Below are positions 17,593 to 25,344 of a DNA stretch of 32,000 nt, piece after piece. The notes under the pieces were generated by a model, which was not told the DNA's origin, ran no database searches, and worked only from the letters and a program-made list of their open reading frames with translations. The position numbers and the translations under genes were made by a program. This stretch comes from Achromobacter phage vB_Ade_ART. Each line of letters begins with the position of its first letter. The first letter of the stretch is position 1. The DNA lies in sequence record MH746817.1; one strand, written 5' to 3'.

Positions 17593-17886
17593 TTAACCGA
17601 TATTCGCCATTCGAGAACGATTTTTCTGTCGTTCTGCATCGGAATGAGCCCGGTTGTAAGTCCGGAACATCAGCGCCCAGCCATAGGCCGCATTAGCTGT
17701 GGTCACCTCATCGTTCTTGGCATTGCGATAGGCCAGGAGAGGGTGGGGCCAATGAGGATGCGTGGCGCGCAGGATTTCAAACTCCCCTTTCGTGAATTCG
17801 ATGATCCAGCCATGCCGAAGCAAGAAAGTTTTGAATTCCTGCAGCTGACTCTTGTGGAGAACTCCACGGTGTTCATAAGCCGGCAT
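17593..17886 (-). CDS. hypothetical protein (97 aa)
   Basis: intact ORF in tightly packed cluster. Confidence 0.6.
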   Translation of the reverse strand: MPAYEHRGVLHKSQLQEFKTFLLRHGWIIEFTKGEFEILRATHPHWPHPLLAYRNAKNDEVTTANAAYGWALMFRTYNRAHSDAERQKNRSRMANIG

Positions 17887-18058
17887 TGAGCCATCCTTTC
17901 ATCCAGTAAACACGATGGGGATGCCCCGGCCGATAAGGGCAGAGGCGCGAAGCGGTGCCGAAGTTATAGCCAACCTCCGGCACTTCCTGAGCATTGACCC
18001 CGGTGTAGAAACCTGCTTCAAAGGCTTTGTGTTGCTCCGAGGTCATATTCTCGTTCAT
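17873..18058 (-). CDS. hypothetical protein
   Basis: likely internal ATG at 18058 (MNENMTSEQHKAFEAGFYTG...). Confidence 0.5.
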   Translation of the reverse strand: MNENMTSEQHKAFEAGFYTGVNAQEVPEVGYNFGTASRLCPYRPGHPHRVYWMKGWLNAGL

Positions 18059-18516
18059 TTTACGGCACGCTTCGGCTTCGTGATTTCGAGACCGGCTTGG
18101 CCGGGCGTGAAAGTGACGCAATTGCGCACCAGATGCTGTTGTTCAGCGGTCAGGGAGTTCCAAGCCGAAACCGAGAGTTCGGGCTTGTACTTGATCACCT
18201 CGTCCAGATCGAAAGCGAGGACTTCGCCGGCTTTAACCTTGGCTTCGATGAGCGCGCGAGTATCCGCGACCAAGGTCTCGTCAACCTTGGCATTTTCCTT
18301 GCCGGCCACCTTGACGACCCAGCCTTCCCCGAGCATGTGGCTATTCGTTCCCTTGGGAATATTCCCCTTGGGGTAGATCATCGCGATCAGCTCGTTGCGC
18401 AGGATGATTTCGCGGGCCTTGCCGGTTGAGAGGGTTTCCGACAACTGCATCCATTCCTGGGACTTGTCGTTGAAATCTTCGCTCGGTTCAAACGCTTTGG
18501 GTTTCTTCGTTGCCAT
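18055..18516 (-). CDS. conserved-type phage protein of recombination module (function unknown)
   Basis: 153 aa ORF; MATKKPKAFEPSEDFNDKSQEW...ELIAMIYPKGNIPKGTNSHML. Confidence 0.65.
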   Translation of the reverse strand: MATKKPKAFEPSEDFNDKSQEWMQLSETLSTGKAREIILRNELIAMIYPKGNIPKGTNSHMLGEGWVVKVAGKENAKVDETLVADTRALIEAKVKAGEVLAFDLDEVIKYKPELSVSAWNSLTAEQQHLVRNCVTFTPGQAGLEITKPKRAVK

Positions 18517-18554
18517 GATGTAAACTCCTTATTTAGAGACTTCAGTATAGACGA

Positions 18555-18821
18555 TTATCGTCCAGCACGCACGCGGTTTCGCATGGTAGAAAACAGTACA
18601 TCAATATATCGGTCAATCGCAATTTGCGAGAACATCTGCACTTCCTGAACCAGCTTTTCGGCATCAGAGGTACGGCCCTCTTCAATCAGAACTCGGGCCC
18701 TCGCAGCCAAACGTTGAGCCTCCAAACTTTGACGGATGAGACTCCCCGTCAAGGTATCAATCTCAGCGGGCGTCATGTCCCAGGCTCCCCGATAGGGAGT
18801 AAGATCGAGTTTAGGATTCAT
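18555..18821 (-). CDS. hypothetical protein (88 aa)
   Basis: intact ORF; helical, charged. Confidence 0.55.
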   Translation of the reverse strand: MNPKLDLTPYRGAWDMTPAEIDTLTGSLIRQSLEAQRLAARARVLIEEGRTSDAEKLVQEVQMFSQIAIDRYIDVLFSTMRNRVRAGR

Positions 18822-18839
18822 GCTCCCACCTCTTTACGG

Positions 18840-19127
18840 CTATAGGGCGTAGCAAGCGCCAAGGAAGGTGACCACAATCAGGACACCCAGGAGAATTTGC
18901 CAGGTGATCGGCGGCTCGGACTGGCGACGGTGGCCAGTTATGGCCGGGGTGATTTCCTTACGCCAATCCCGGGTGGCCATCCATTGGCGCCCGATCCTGG
19001 GATGGCGAAACTTGTGAGGAAAGGTAGCCTCCAACTCTTTGTGAATGGCTTCGTTCGCTTTCACTCGTTTATTGTGCTCTGCCCAGGCTGAAGGCTGGCG
19101 GGGCTGGACCATAAGGGATTTCAGCAT
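18840..19127 (-). CDS. hypothetical protein with C-terminal transmembrane segment
   Basis: ends PPITWQILLGVLIVVTFLGACYAL; start uncertain (19127 or 19112). Confidence 0.5.
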   Translation of the reverse strand: MLKSLMVQPRQPSAWAEHNKRVKANEAIHKELEATFPHKFRHPRIGRQWMATRDWRKEITPAITGHRRQSEPPITWQILLGVLIVVTFLGACYAL

Positions 19128-19129
19128 GA

Positions 19130-19393
19130 CTATTGCCCCCTCGGGAAACGATACACAGTACCAACGCCGCTGCAATCTTCGCAGATTTCGTCATTACTGA
19201 ACGAGCCGCGCTCCTTGAACCAGCCGGAGCCATTGCAGCAGGTACACCGTTCGCCACCGGCCATACGGCGGCGTTCGAGTTCGGTGGCCGCGTCATAAGC
19301 TTCTTGAGCCTTGGCGTGATAGCGTTGTTCAAATCCGGAAATCAGCTGTTTGAGGGTGGATTCCGATTGATAGCGAGTATGCGAGGTGGACAT
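19130..19393 (-). CDS. DnaJ-like cysteine-rich zinc protein
   Basis: CTCCNGSGWFKERGSFSNDEICEDCSGVGTVYRF (CxxCxGxG-type repeats); ATG at 19393. Confidence 0.65.
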   Translation of the reverse strand: MSTSHTRYQSESTLKQLISGFEQRYHAKAQEAYDAATELERRRMAGGERCTCCNGSGWFKERGSFSNDEICEDCSGVGTVYRFPRGQ

Positions 19394-19571
19394 GTTTAGG
19401 GCTCCTAAAACTTGACCGGGATGTACGGCCCGTCTTCCGTCCGGATCACCGGGAGAGTTTGACCGCGGTGGGCCGGCTCGACCCACTCATAACGATTAGC
19501 GATCAATTGATGTTCTGCCAGAATACGGATTTTCGGGGCAGGTTTGGAAATTTTCTTGTAGGCCATAATAA

Positions 19572-20276
19572 TCACTCCAACGCCGTGCGATCGGCTCCGG
19601 GGACTTGACGATTCAGATTGACCTTGTCGCCGAACTCTTTACCCGATGCGTAGGCTTCGGCATTTACCCTAGCGCGGCGAGATGTCGCTTTCTTGAAGCG
19701 CATACCCTGTTCGGCAAGGAAGGCCTCATTCGCTTTCTTTTCGGTCACGTAGAGAGAGGCCAGGACCAAGGCCGCGCCGGCTTCGGTATCGGTCTTGGTG
19801 GCTTCGGCTTTCATCGCCTGAATGCGAACCCACAAGGCATTCACGGCACCCAAGGCGAAAGAACGCATTTCAGCGGAGAGGTTATGCCAACCCCGCCCGC
19901 GCCCTTCCTTGAGGATCGAAGTGACCACATAGGTGGCCATATAGGAAGCCGTGACCGCGTTCGATTCCTTACCGACAAAATGGTGGATGACCTTGGTTCC
20001 GTTGATCTTGCGGCCGAAGTAATACTTGCAGAAGAACAGCTCGCCCATGCACAGGTACACTTGCTTGGCCCAAATCATAGACCAGCCTTCCGAATCCAGA
20101 TTCAGGCGGAGTTCCTTGGTACCGGTAGCTTCCACGCGGGTCATGTCGATATTATGCTTGGTCATCGTGGCGTAGGCCATGCGCAGGGCATTGTCGCGCT
20201 CGCCTTCGGTAGCGGCCTGGTCATTGGCCAAGGCCAGCATCTTGCGGATTCGGTCGATAATGCGATCTTCGGACAT
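19572..20276 (-). CDS. DUF2786-like protein
   Basis: RIIDRIRKMLALANDQAATEGERDNALRMAYATMTKHNID N-terminal pattern. Confidence 0.75.
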   Translation of the reverse strand: MSEDRIIDRIRKMLALANDQAATEGERDNALRMAYATMTKHNIDMTRVEATGTKELRLNLDSEGWSMIWAKQVYLCMGELFFCKYYFGRKINGTKVIHHFVGKESNAVTASYMATYVVTSILKEGRGRGWHNLSAEMRSFALGAVNALWVRIQAMKAEATKTDTEAGAALVLASLYVTEKKANEAFLAEQGMRFKKATSRRARVNAEAYASGKEFGDKVNLNRQVPGADRTALE

Positions 20277-20287
20277 TTGGGTTCTCC

Positions 20288-20509
20288 TTAGCGACGGGTA
20301 ACAACGATTTGGCAGAACTCGTCCCCACTATAGGCACTTTGATACTTCATTGCACTGCCAGCAGGGATGTAATCAGGAGCGTCCAGAGAGTAGCCGAGTT
20401 CAGGTTCATCAAAGCCAAAATCAACAAAACCGTCTTGCATTTTCAGGAAGACGCCACACTTCTTGATATCGGCTTCCGTATTAGCATCGAGCTTAATTCT
20501 GTGGAGCAT
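20288..20509 (-). CDS. hypothetical protein (73 aa)
   Basis: intact ORF first in leftward block. Confidence 0.6.
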   Translation of the reverse strand: MLHRIKLDANTEADIKKCGVFLKMQDGFVDFGFDEPELGYSLDAPDYIPAGSAMKYQSAYSGDEFCQIVVTRR

Positions 20510-20545
20510 TTGGGGTTCCTCATCCGTTTCGTGATTCGATGATTC

Positions 20546-20616
20546 ATTATAGGACGAAGTCCTGATTCAATCACCTATTTTTTTATCTTGATCTGTCAAG
20601 ATTTTTAATCTATGAT
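20546..20616. promoter_or_regulatory. divergent control region (promoter elements and palindromic operator candidate)
   Basis: rightward TTGATC-N17-TATGAT (20588..20593 / 20611..20616); palindrome ATCTTGA-TCTG-TCAAGAT (20585..20602) covering the -35; leftward TATAAT at 20551..20546. Confidence 0.65.
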
Positions 20617-20651
20617 GGTATCCTAGTTGACCCCCTCTATAAAGGAAGATC

Positions 20652-20858
20652 ATGTCAAGGCTTTGGAACAAGACCAAAGAACTGCTAGAAACGACGGACA
20701 AGACCATGGCGGAAATCTGCGTGGGTACCGGTCTGACTTATGCCTGGCTCCAAACGGTAAAATACGGCAAGGGCCGTAGGGGTGGCCCAGTGGTACCGAG
20801 CGTTGAAAAAGCTGAACGCCTTTATGAATTTCTCTCGGGCAAAAAATTGGACGTCTAG
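20652..20858 (+). CDS. small HTH (Cro-like) DNA-binding protein
   Basis: LLETTDKTMAEICVGTGLTYAWLQTVKYGKG...PSVEKAERLYEFLSG; first gene of rightward block next to a palindrome. Confidence 0.65.
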   Translation: MSRLWNKTKELLETTDKTMAEICVGTGLTYAWLQTVKYGKGRRGGPVVPSVEKAERLYEFLSGKKLDV

Positions 20859-20860
20859 AA

Positions 20861-23224
20861 ATGCTTATGTCGAATATCCCTGCTGAAATGAGGGAACGCC
20901 GGCAATGGGCAGGATGCACCATAAGCCATGAGAGCGACCCCAATCACAAACGTCCTGTGAATCCTAAAACTGGATTCTGGGCATCAACCACCAATCCCCA
21001 ACATTGGGGTACATTCGAGCAAGCGGTACAGTGGGCCAGCAAGGCAGAGAACCGGGCTATCGGGTTTATGCTGAGCAAAGCTGATCCCTATTGCATCATC
21101 GACTTGGACAATAAAGAAGATAATCCGGTCAGCGACGAAACGCTAGCCTGGTACGATGAATTGGCCAAGGAATCGGGCAGCTACGTCGAACGCTCCATAT
21201 CTGGGCGCGGCCTACATGTGGTCATCAAGGCTGAGATTGAAAGCGGTCGCAAAAAGAACAATTGCGAGATATACGATAATGATCGATTCATGATCTGCAC
21301 GGGGGACGTGGTCCATGCCTTGCCGATCAAAGAGGATCAGGAGCTGGCCACATGGTTCTGGGAACAGCTGGAATCCGAAGGCTCCGACGAGCCTATCGAA
21401 ATGCAAGATGTCGACGAGTTGATCAGCGACGACGATATCATGGAAATGGCTTGGAACGCCGACAATGGATCGAAGTTTCAGGAGCTATGGTGGGGTGATT
21501 GGCGCTCGATGGGCTACGATAGCCAATCCGAGGCTGATCTTGCCCTCATGTCGATGCTGGCGTTCTACTCCGAATCGAATGCTCAATGCCTACGGCTATT
21601 CCGGATGAGCGAACTCGGCAAGCGAGAGAAAGCCGTCAAGGACGATAAATATCTCTATCATGAAACGCTCAGGCAGGTTAGGACTAGGCAGGGCCCGAAG
21701 CCTAAAATTATGGACTTGGATGAGCTACGAAAATCCATGGAAGCTTTCACAAAGCCACTTGCTCCCCCGGCCCGATCAATCCCCGAGGTTGATTTTGTTT
21801 ATAAAGCCGATGCGGGCGATTTACTCAAAGATGAAACAGAAGCCCCTCATATTCCGGAAACCACAGAGGCTGGATTCACCTTACCGCCTGGAATCATTGG
21901 CGAGATTGCAGAATATGTCTATTCCTCATCCCATCGACCGGTACCTGAGATTGCTATCGCTACTGCGTTCGGCTTTGTTGCTGGCGTGGCGGGCCGCGCA
22001 TACAATATCTCGCAAGTCGGGTTGAACCAATATATTGTTTTGCTGGCCAAGACGGGTACGGGAAAGGAAGCTATCGGGCAGGGTATCGATAGGATGTTTT
22101 CGGCCGCGCGGCGCTATTGCCCTCAGGCGGATACGTTCCAAGGCCCGGCCGCGTTCGCATCTGGGCAATCCCTGGCGCGCATCCTTCCGGAGAAACCCTG
22201 CTTCGTTTCCACCCTGGGTGAATTCGGGCTATTGCTTCAAGGAATGACGAAAGCCAAGCCGGGCGAGCCGGCTCATACGCTCAAGCGGGCCCTGCTGGAT
22301 ATCTACAACAAGTCCGGCGTCAATTCCTGGTTGAAGCCCACGGTCTATTCTGATAGGGAAAAGAATACGGAATTGGTCCAAGCCCCCAACGTTACGTTTG
22401 TTGGAGAATCCACGCCCCATGAATTCTACAAGGCATTGGATGAATCGGCGATCATGGATGGCTTCGTTCCCCGATTGATGCTTTTGGAATACAAAGGGGA
22501 TCGGCCCGAACTCAATGAGCATGCCGGGCATCCCCCGTCCGACTTGCTTGTTCGGAAAGTGGCAGAATTCATCAACACGGCTCTCGGGGCTACTTCCAAT
22601 CCGGATGGGATCACCGTTACGAATATCGTTCAAGATCGGGAGGCGGCCAAGCTACTCCGGGCATTCAATGATGAGATTGATGCCATGTTCCACGGGATGG
22701 ACGATGGGCCGAATCGGCAGATTCTCAATCGCGTTCACCTCAAGGCTATCAAGCTGGCCGGGCTCCTGGCGGTAGGCGTGAATTGGCATGATCCTGTGGT
22801 TACGGTCGAATTGGCGGAATGGGCCATCGATTTCACACGCCGCGAGATGACCACAATGATGGCCCGATTCGAGAGTGGGGAGGTGGGCGAGGGGGATGAC
22901 GCCCATCGCTTTACGAATGCCGTAAGGACGGCCATAATGCGGGTATTGGATGCGGATAAGCAGGAAGCCAGCACTCTGCGCAACTCTTATCGATTCCCGC
23001 CCAAGCTGGAAGGCACAACGATTATCCCGCACTCATTCCTGGCGCGCTATCTGAAAGGCCGGCAACCGTTCAAGGGGGATAAACGGGGGCCAGGCCGGGC
23101 GCTCGATGAAACGATACGTGAAATGCTGACGGCTGGGGATTTGGTCAAGCTGAGCGAAGGGCAAGCGAAAGGCCAGTATGGTTTGCTAGGCGCGGCGTAT
23201 TCGATTGGCGGCCTGTTCAAATAG
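20861..23224 (+). CDS. PrimPol-like primase/polymerase fused to DUF3987 helicase
   Basis: N-term IPAEMRERRQWAGCTI...KRPVNPKTG...CIIDLDN...YVERSISGRGLHVVI; ESNAQCLRLFRMSELGKREK; C-term VGLNQYIVLLAKTGTGKEAI. Confidence 0.82.
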   Translation: MLMSNIPAEMRERRQWAGCTISHESDPNHKRPVNPKTGFWASTTNPQHWGTFEQAVQWASKAENRAIGFMLSKADPYCIIDLDNKEDNPVSDETLAWYDELAKESGSYVERSISGRGLHVVIKAEIESGRKKNNCEIYDNDRFMICTGDVVHALPIKEDQELATWFWEQLESEGSDEPIEMQDVDELISDDDIMEMAWNADNGSKFQELWWGDWRSMGYDSQSEADLALMSMLAFYSESNAQCLRLFRMSELGKREKAVKDDKYLYHETLRQVRTRQGPKPKIMDLDELRKSMEAFTKPLAPPARSIPEVDFVYKADAGDLLKDETEAPHIPETTEAGFTLPPGIIGEIAEYVYSSSHRPVPEIAIATAFGFVAGVAGRAYNISQVGLNQYIVLLAKTGTGKEAIGQGIDRMFSAARRYCPQADTFQGPAAFASGQSLARILPEKPCFVSTLGEFGLLLQGMTKAKPGEPAHTLKRALLDIYNKSGVNSWLKPTVYSDREKNTELVQAPNVTFVGESTPHEFYKALDESAIMDGFVPRLMLLEYKGDRPELNEHAGHPPSDLLVRKVAEFINTALGATSNPDGITVTNIVQDREAAKLLRAFNDEIDAMFHGMDDGPNRQILNRVHLKAIKLAGLLAVGVNWHDPVVTVELAEWAIDFTRREMTTMMARFESGEVGEGDDAHRFTNAVRTAIMRVLDADKQEASTLRNSYRFPPKLEGTTIIPHSFLARYLKGRQPFKGDKRGPGRALDETIREMLTAGDLVKLSEGQAKGQYGLLGAAYSIGGLFK

Positions 23225-23228
23225 GGAG

Positions 23229-23539
23229 GGGGCAGAGGGATAGGCCCTTGGGACAGGGCCAATTTCCATAGATTCTTCAATGAAATCATAAGGTTACCCT
23301 CATGGGGCAGATGGGGCAGATGAAATGGGGATAGGGGTAGGGGGGTATGGGGATATGGGGGTCTAGTCCTATATAAAATGCTAAATCTCTATCCCCCCTG
23401 CCCCATCTGCCCCTCTGCCCCTACATAGAACTATATATCCTTCCCTTACTATCCATATCTCATAGAGAGAATATATATATTTAGTATTATTATTTTTTTA
23501 ATATATTAGGGGGCAGAGTGGTGGCAGATAGGGGGCAGA
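23229..23539. repeat. GGGGCAGA iteron/inverted-repeat array with AT-rich tract; candidate replication origin
   Basis: exact GGGGCAGA at 23229-23236, 23304-23311, 23313-23320, 23510-23517, 23532-23539 (+) and 23406-23413, 23414-23421 (-); 16-bp perfect inverted repeat 23304-23319 / 23398-23413; AT-rich 23470-23508. Confidence 0.7.
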
Positions 23540-23650
23540 TCATAGGGAAAATGGAGAACGATATTGCGATTGAGGAAAATTCAATTAGTAAGGAAATAAA
23601 ATTGAATTTAGTTTATACTACTGACAGAACATAGTTCGATTTGAGGAAAG

Positions 23651-24103
23651 ATGATGGGCATTGAACGGAATCTGGATTGGGACCCGAAGTCGGATGATGA
23701 TGAGTTTGACATGAGTTGCAGGAATGGGACGGAGGATGGGGAGCAGATAGCGTTGATGGGGTGGGCCGCCCGCGCAATCTTCCATCGGAAATTCCCTGAG
23801 CTCAGAATGTTGCATGCCGTGCCCAATGGCGGCGAACGCAATGTGGTCATCGCTACTAAGTTGAAGGCTACCGGGGTCAAGGCAGGGGTACCCGATCTGT
23901 TCCTAGACGTCGCTCGGCATGGGATGCATGGGCTACGGATCGAAATGAAACGTAGTACTATCCACGGTGGATCCCCATCCCAGGCAAGCGACAAGCAATT
24001 ACAGTGGAGGGATTGGTACTACGATGAAGGCTTCGGCTGGGCCCTGGCTTGCGGGTGGAAGGAGGCCAGGGATATCATCGTAGCCTATCTCACACCCTCG
24101 TAA
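23651..24103 (+). CDS. VRR-NUC domain nuclease
   Basis: LRMLHAVPNGGERNVVIATKLKATGVKAGVPDLFLDVARHGMHGLRIEMKRST. Confidence 0.88.
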   Translation: MMGIERNLDWDPKSDDDEFDMSCRNGTEDGEQIALMGWAARAIFHRKFPELRMLHAVPNGGERNVVIATKLKATGVKAGVPDLFLDVARHGMHGLRIEMKRSTIHGGSPSQASDKQLQWRDWYYDEGFGWALACGWKEARDIIVAYLTPS

Positions 24104-24183
24104 AGAAGTGATTGGGGCCAGGGGCGGGGCAAAGGAAGGGCCCCCGATTGGAGGCCCTTTACGATCTCGTGATGGGATGGGGA

Positions 24184-24270
24184 TTAGAAGTCGTCATCCT
24201 TGGCGCCTGCCGCGATACCGTACGCCACGATGGCGCAGCCGATGATGAGAAATGCGAGAGCGATCCACAT
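24184..24270 (-). CDS. 28-aa single-transmembrane microprotein
   Basis: MWIALAFLIIGCAIVAYGIAAGAKDDDF; AGGAG 8 nt upstream of ATG; below the size cutoff of the ORF track. Confidence 0.55.
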   Translation of the reverse strand: MWIALAFLIIGCAIVAYGIAAGAKDDDF

Positions 24271-24281
24271 GAGAATGACTC

Positions 24282-24455
24282 CTAGTTAGAAATTTGGACC
24301 AGATTGCCGAAATCGTCCATGATGTAGTGCCTTCGGCTGTAGCTGCCGAGGGTGTGACCATCATAGGCGCGCCAGAATCGGCGATCCATTCCCATTCGGT
24401 AGCAGAACGGGCCAAAGGGGTCGTCGCCAATCGTGAAATCTTGCAGCGAATTCAT
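24282..24455 (-). CDS. small hypothetical protein (57 aa)
   Basis: MNSLQDFTIGDDPFGPFCYRMGMDRRFWRAYDGHTLGSYSRRHYIMDDFGNLVQISN; AGGAG 6 nt upstream of ATG; absent from ORF track. Confidence 0.6.
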   Translation of the reverse strand: MNSLQDFTIGDDPFGPFCYRMGMDRRFWRAYDGHTLGSYSRRHYIMDDFGNLVQISN

Positions 24456-24489
24456 AGAGTTCTCCTAGGGGCCGGAGCCCCTGATGTGG

Positions 24490-25149
24490 TCATTTGCCGG
24501 CGGGAGGGATGATTTTACCCGTAGCCGGATCGATCGTAGCGCGCTCCGGATTTTCATTGTGAAGCTTGAACCAGTGCTGGAATTGGGTGCGAGCCGTACC
24601 CGAAGCGATCCCCCGGCGTACGCATTCCGCTTGCACTTCCTTGCGGCTGGGCATGGGCTTGCCGGCATTCTGGGCTTCGGCGTACATTTCATCCGCGATG
24701 ATCCATACCAATTTGGTAGGCTTCAACACGCTGCTTGCATGCACCCATCCCGGCTTATTGCCCGGCGCGCTGGCCACCTGGGCTCGCGTAAGCGCCTCCT
24801 CGCCTTCGATTTCCATGATGCGCGCGCCAATGGCTTCATCCAGCGCCGCGAATACGGCTACGCTCAGATTGAATTTGCTTCCCATGCTAAGCAGGCGCTC
24901 TGCCAGGAGGCTCGTGGATTCCAGCGTCTTGCATGCCGGAATGGCTTCCTGCAATTCCTTGATGGCGGCATCCTGCTCTTGGCGGGCGCTCATCGCTACG
25001 GTGGGCTCGGCTTGCTCGATTGCGAAGACTTGATACATCTTGCCTTCCTTGCGGATTTCGTAGCTGCCTTCAGCCATCCCTTCCTTATCCACAGCCGCTT
25101 GGGCTTGCTTGCTGCTGAGGTAACGCTTTTCGTAGATGCTCTTGCTCAT
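24490..25149 (-). CDS. hypothetical protein with C-terminal W-IAD domain shared with 11981 and 12712 genes
   Basis: ATG at 25149 (MSKSIYEKRYLSSKQAQ); C-term KLVWIIADEMYAEAQNAGKPMPSRKEVQAECVRRGIASGTARTQFQHWFKLHNEN. Confidence 0.7.
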   Translation of the reverse strand: MSKSIYEKRYLSSKQAQAAVDKEGMAEGSYEIRKEGKMYQVFAIEQAEPTVAMSARQEQDAAIKELQEAIPACKTLESTSLLAERLLSMGSKFNLSVAVFAALDEAIGARIMEIEGEEALTRAQVASAPGNKPGWVHASSVLKPTKLVWIIADEMYAEAQNAGKPMPSRKEVQAECVRRGIASGTARTQFQHWFKLHNENPERATIDPATGKIIPPAGK

Positions 25150-25206
25150 GATGTGATCCTCTTTCGATTCGATCCGGATCAGCACCATTGCTTGATCCAT
25201 GCCTAG

Positions 25207-25235
25207 ATTATAGATACGAGATGTTCATCGCGCAA
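25207..25235 (-). promoter_or_regulatory. sigma70-like leftward promoter
   Basis: minus strand TTGCGC-N17-TATAAT upstream of ATG 25149. Confidence 0.6.
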
Positions 25236-25291
25236 CAACTACTTTCGTATGGATGTGGAGTAGACGATAGGAATAATCACTGAACAAGACC

Positions 25292-25320
25292 TTGCTATAT
25301 TGAGAGCCGCGTTCTATAAT
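25292..25320 (+). promoter_or_regulatory. sigma70-like rightward promoter
   Basis: TTGCTA-N17-TATAAT, 24 nt upstream of ATG 25345. Confidence 0.7.
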
Positions 25321-25344
25321 GAAGTCTCTCAATAAGGAGTTGCC

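Noticed and set aside
19605-20291. 228-aa ORF on + strand
   Set aside because: Antisense to the DUF2786-like gene; His/Gly-rich shadow translation typical of an opposite strand
23229-23539. CRISPR-like array
   Set aside because: Repeats are only 8-16 nt, irregularly spaced and in both orientations; no cas genes, so iterons/structure fit better
24484-25206. 240-aa ORF on + strand
   Set aside because: Shadow of the 24490..25149 minus gene, whose domain is shared with two other proteins and therefore is the real frame
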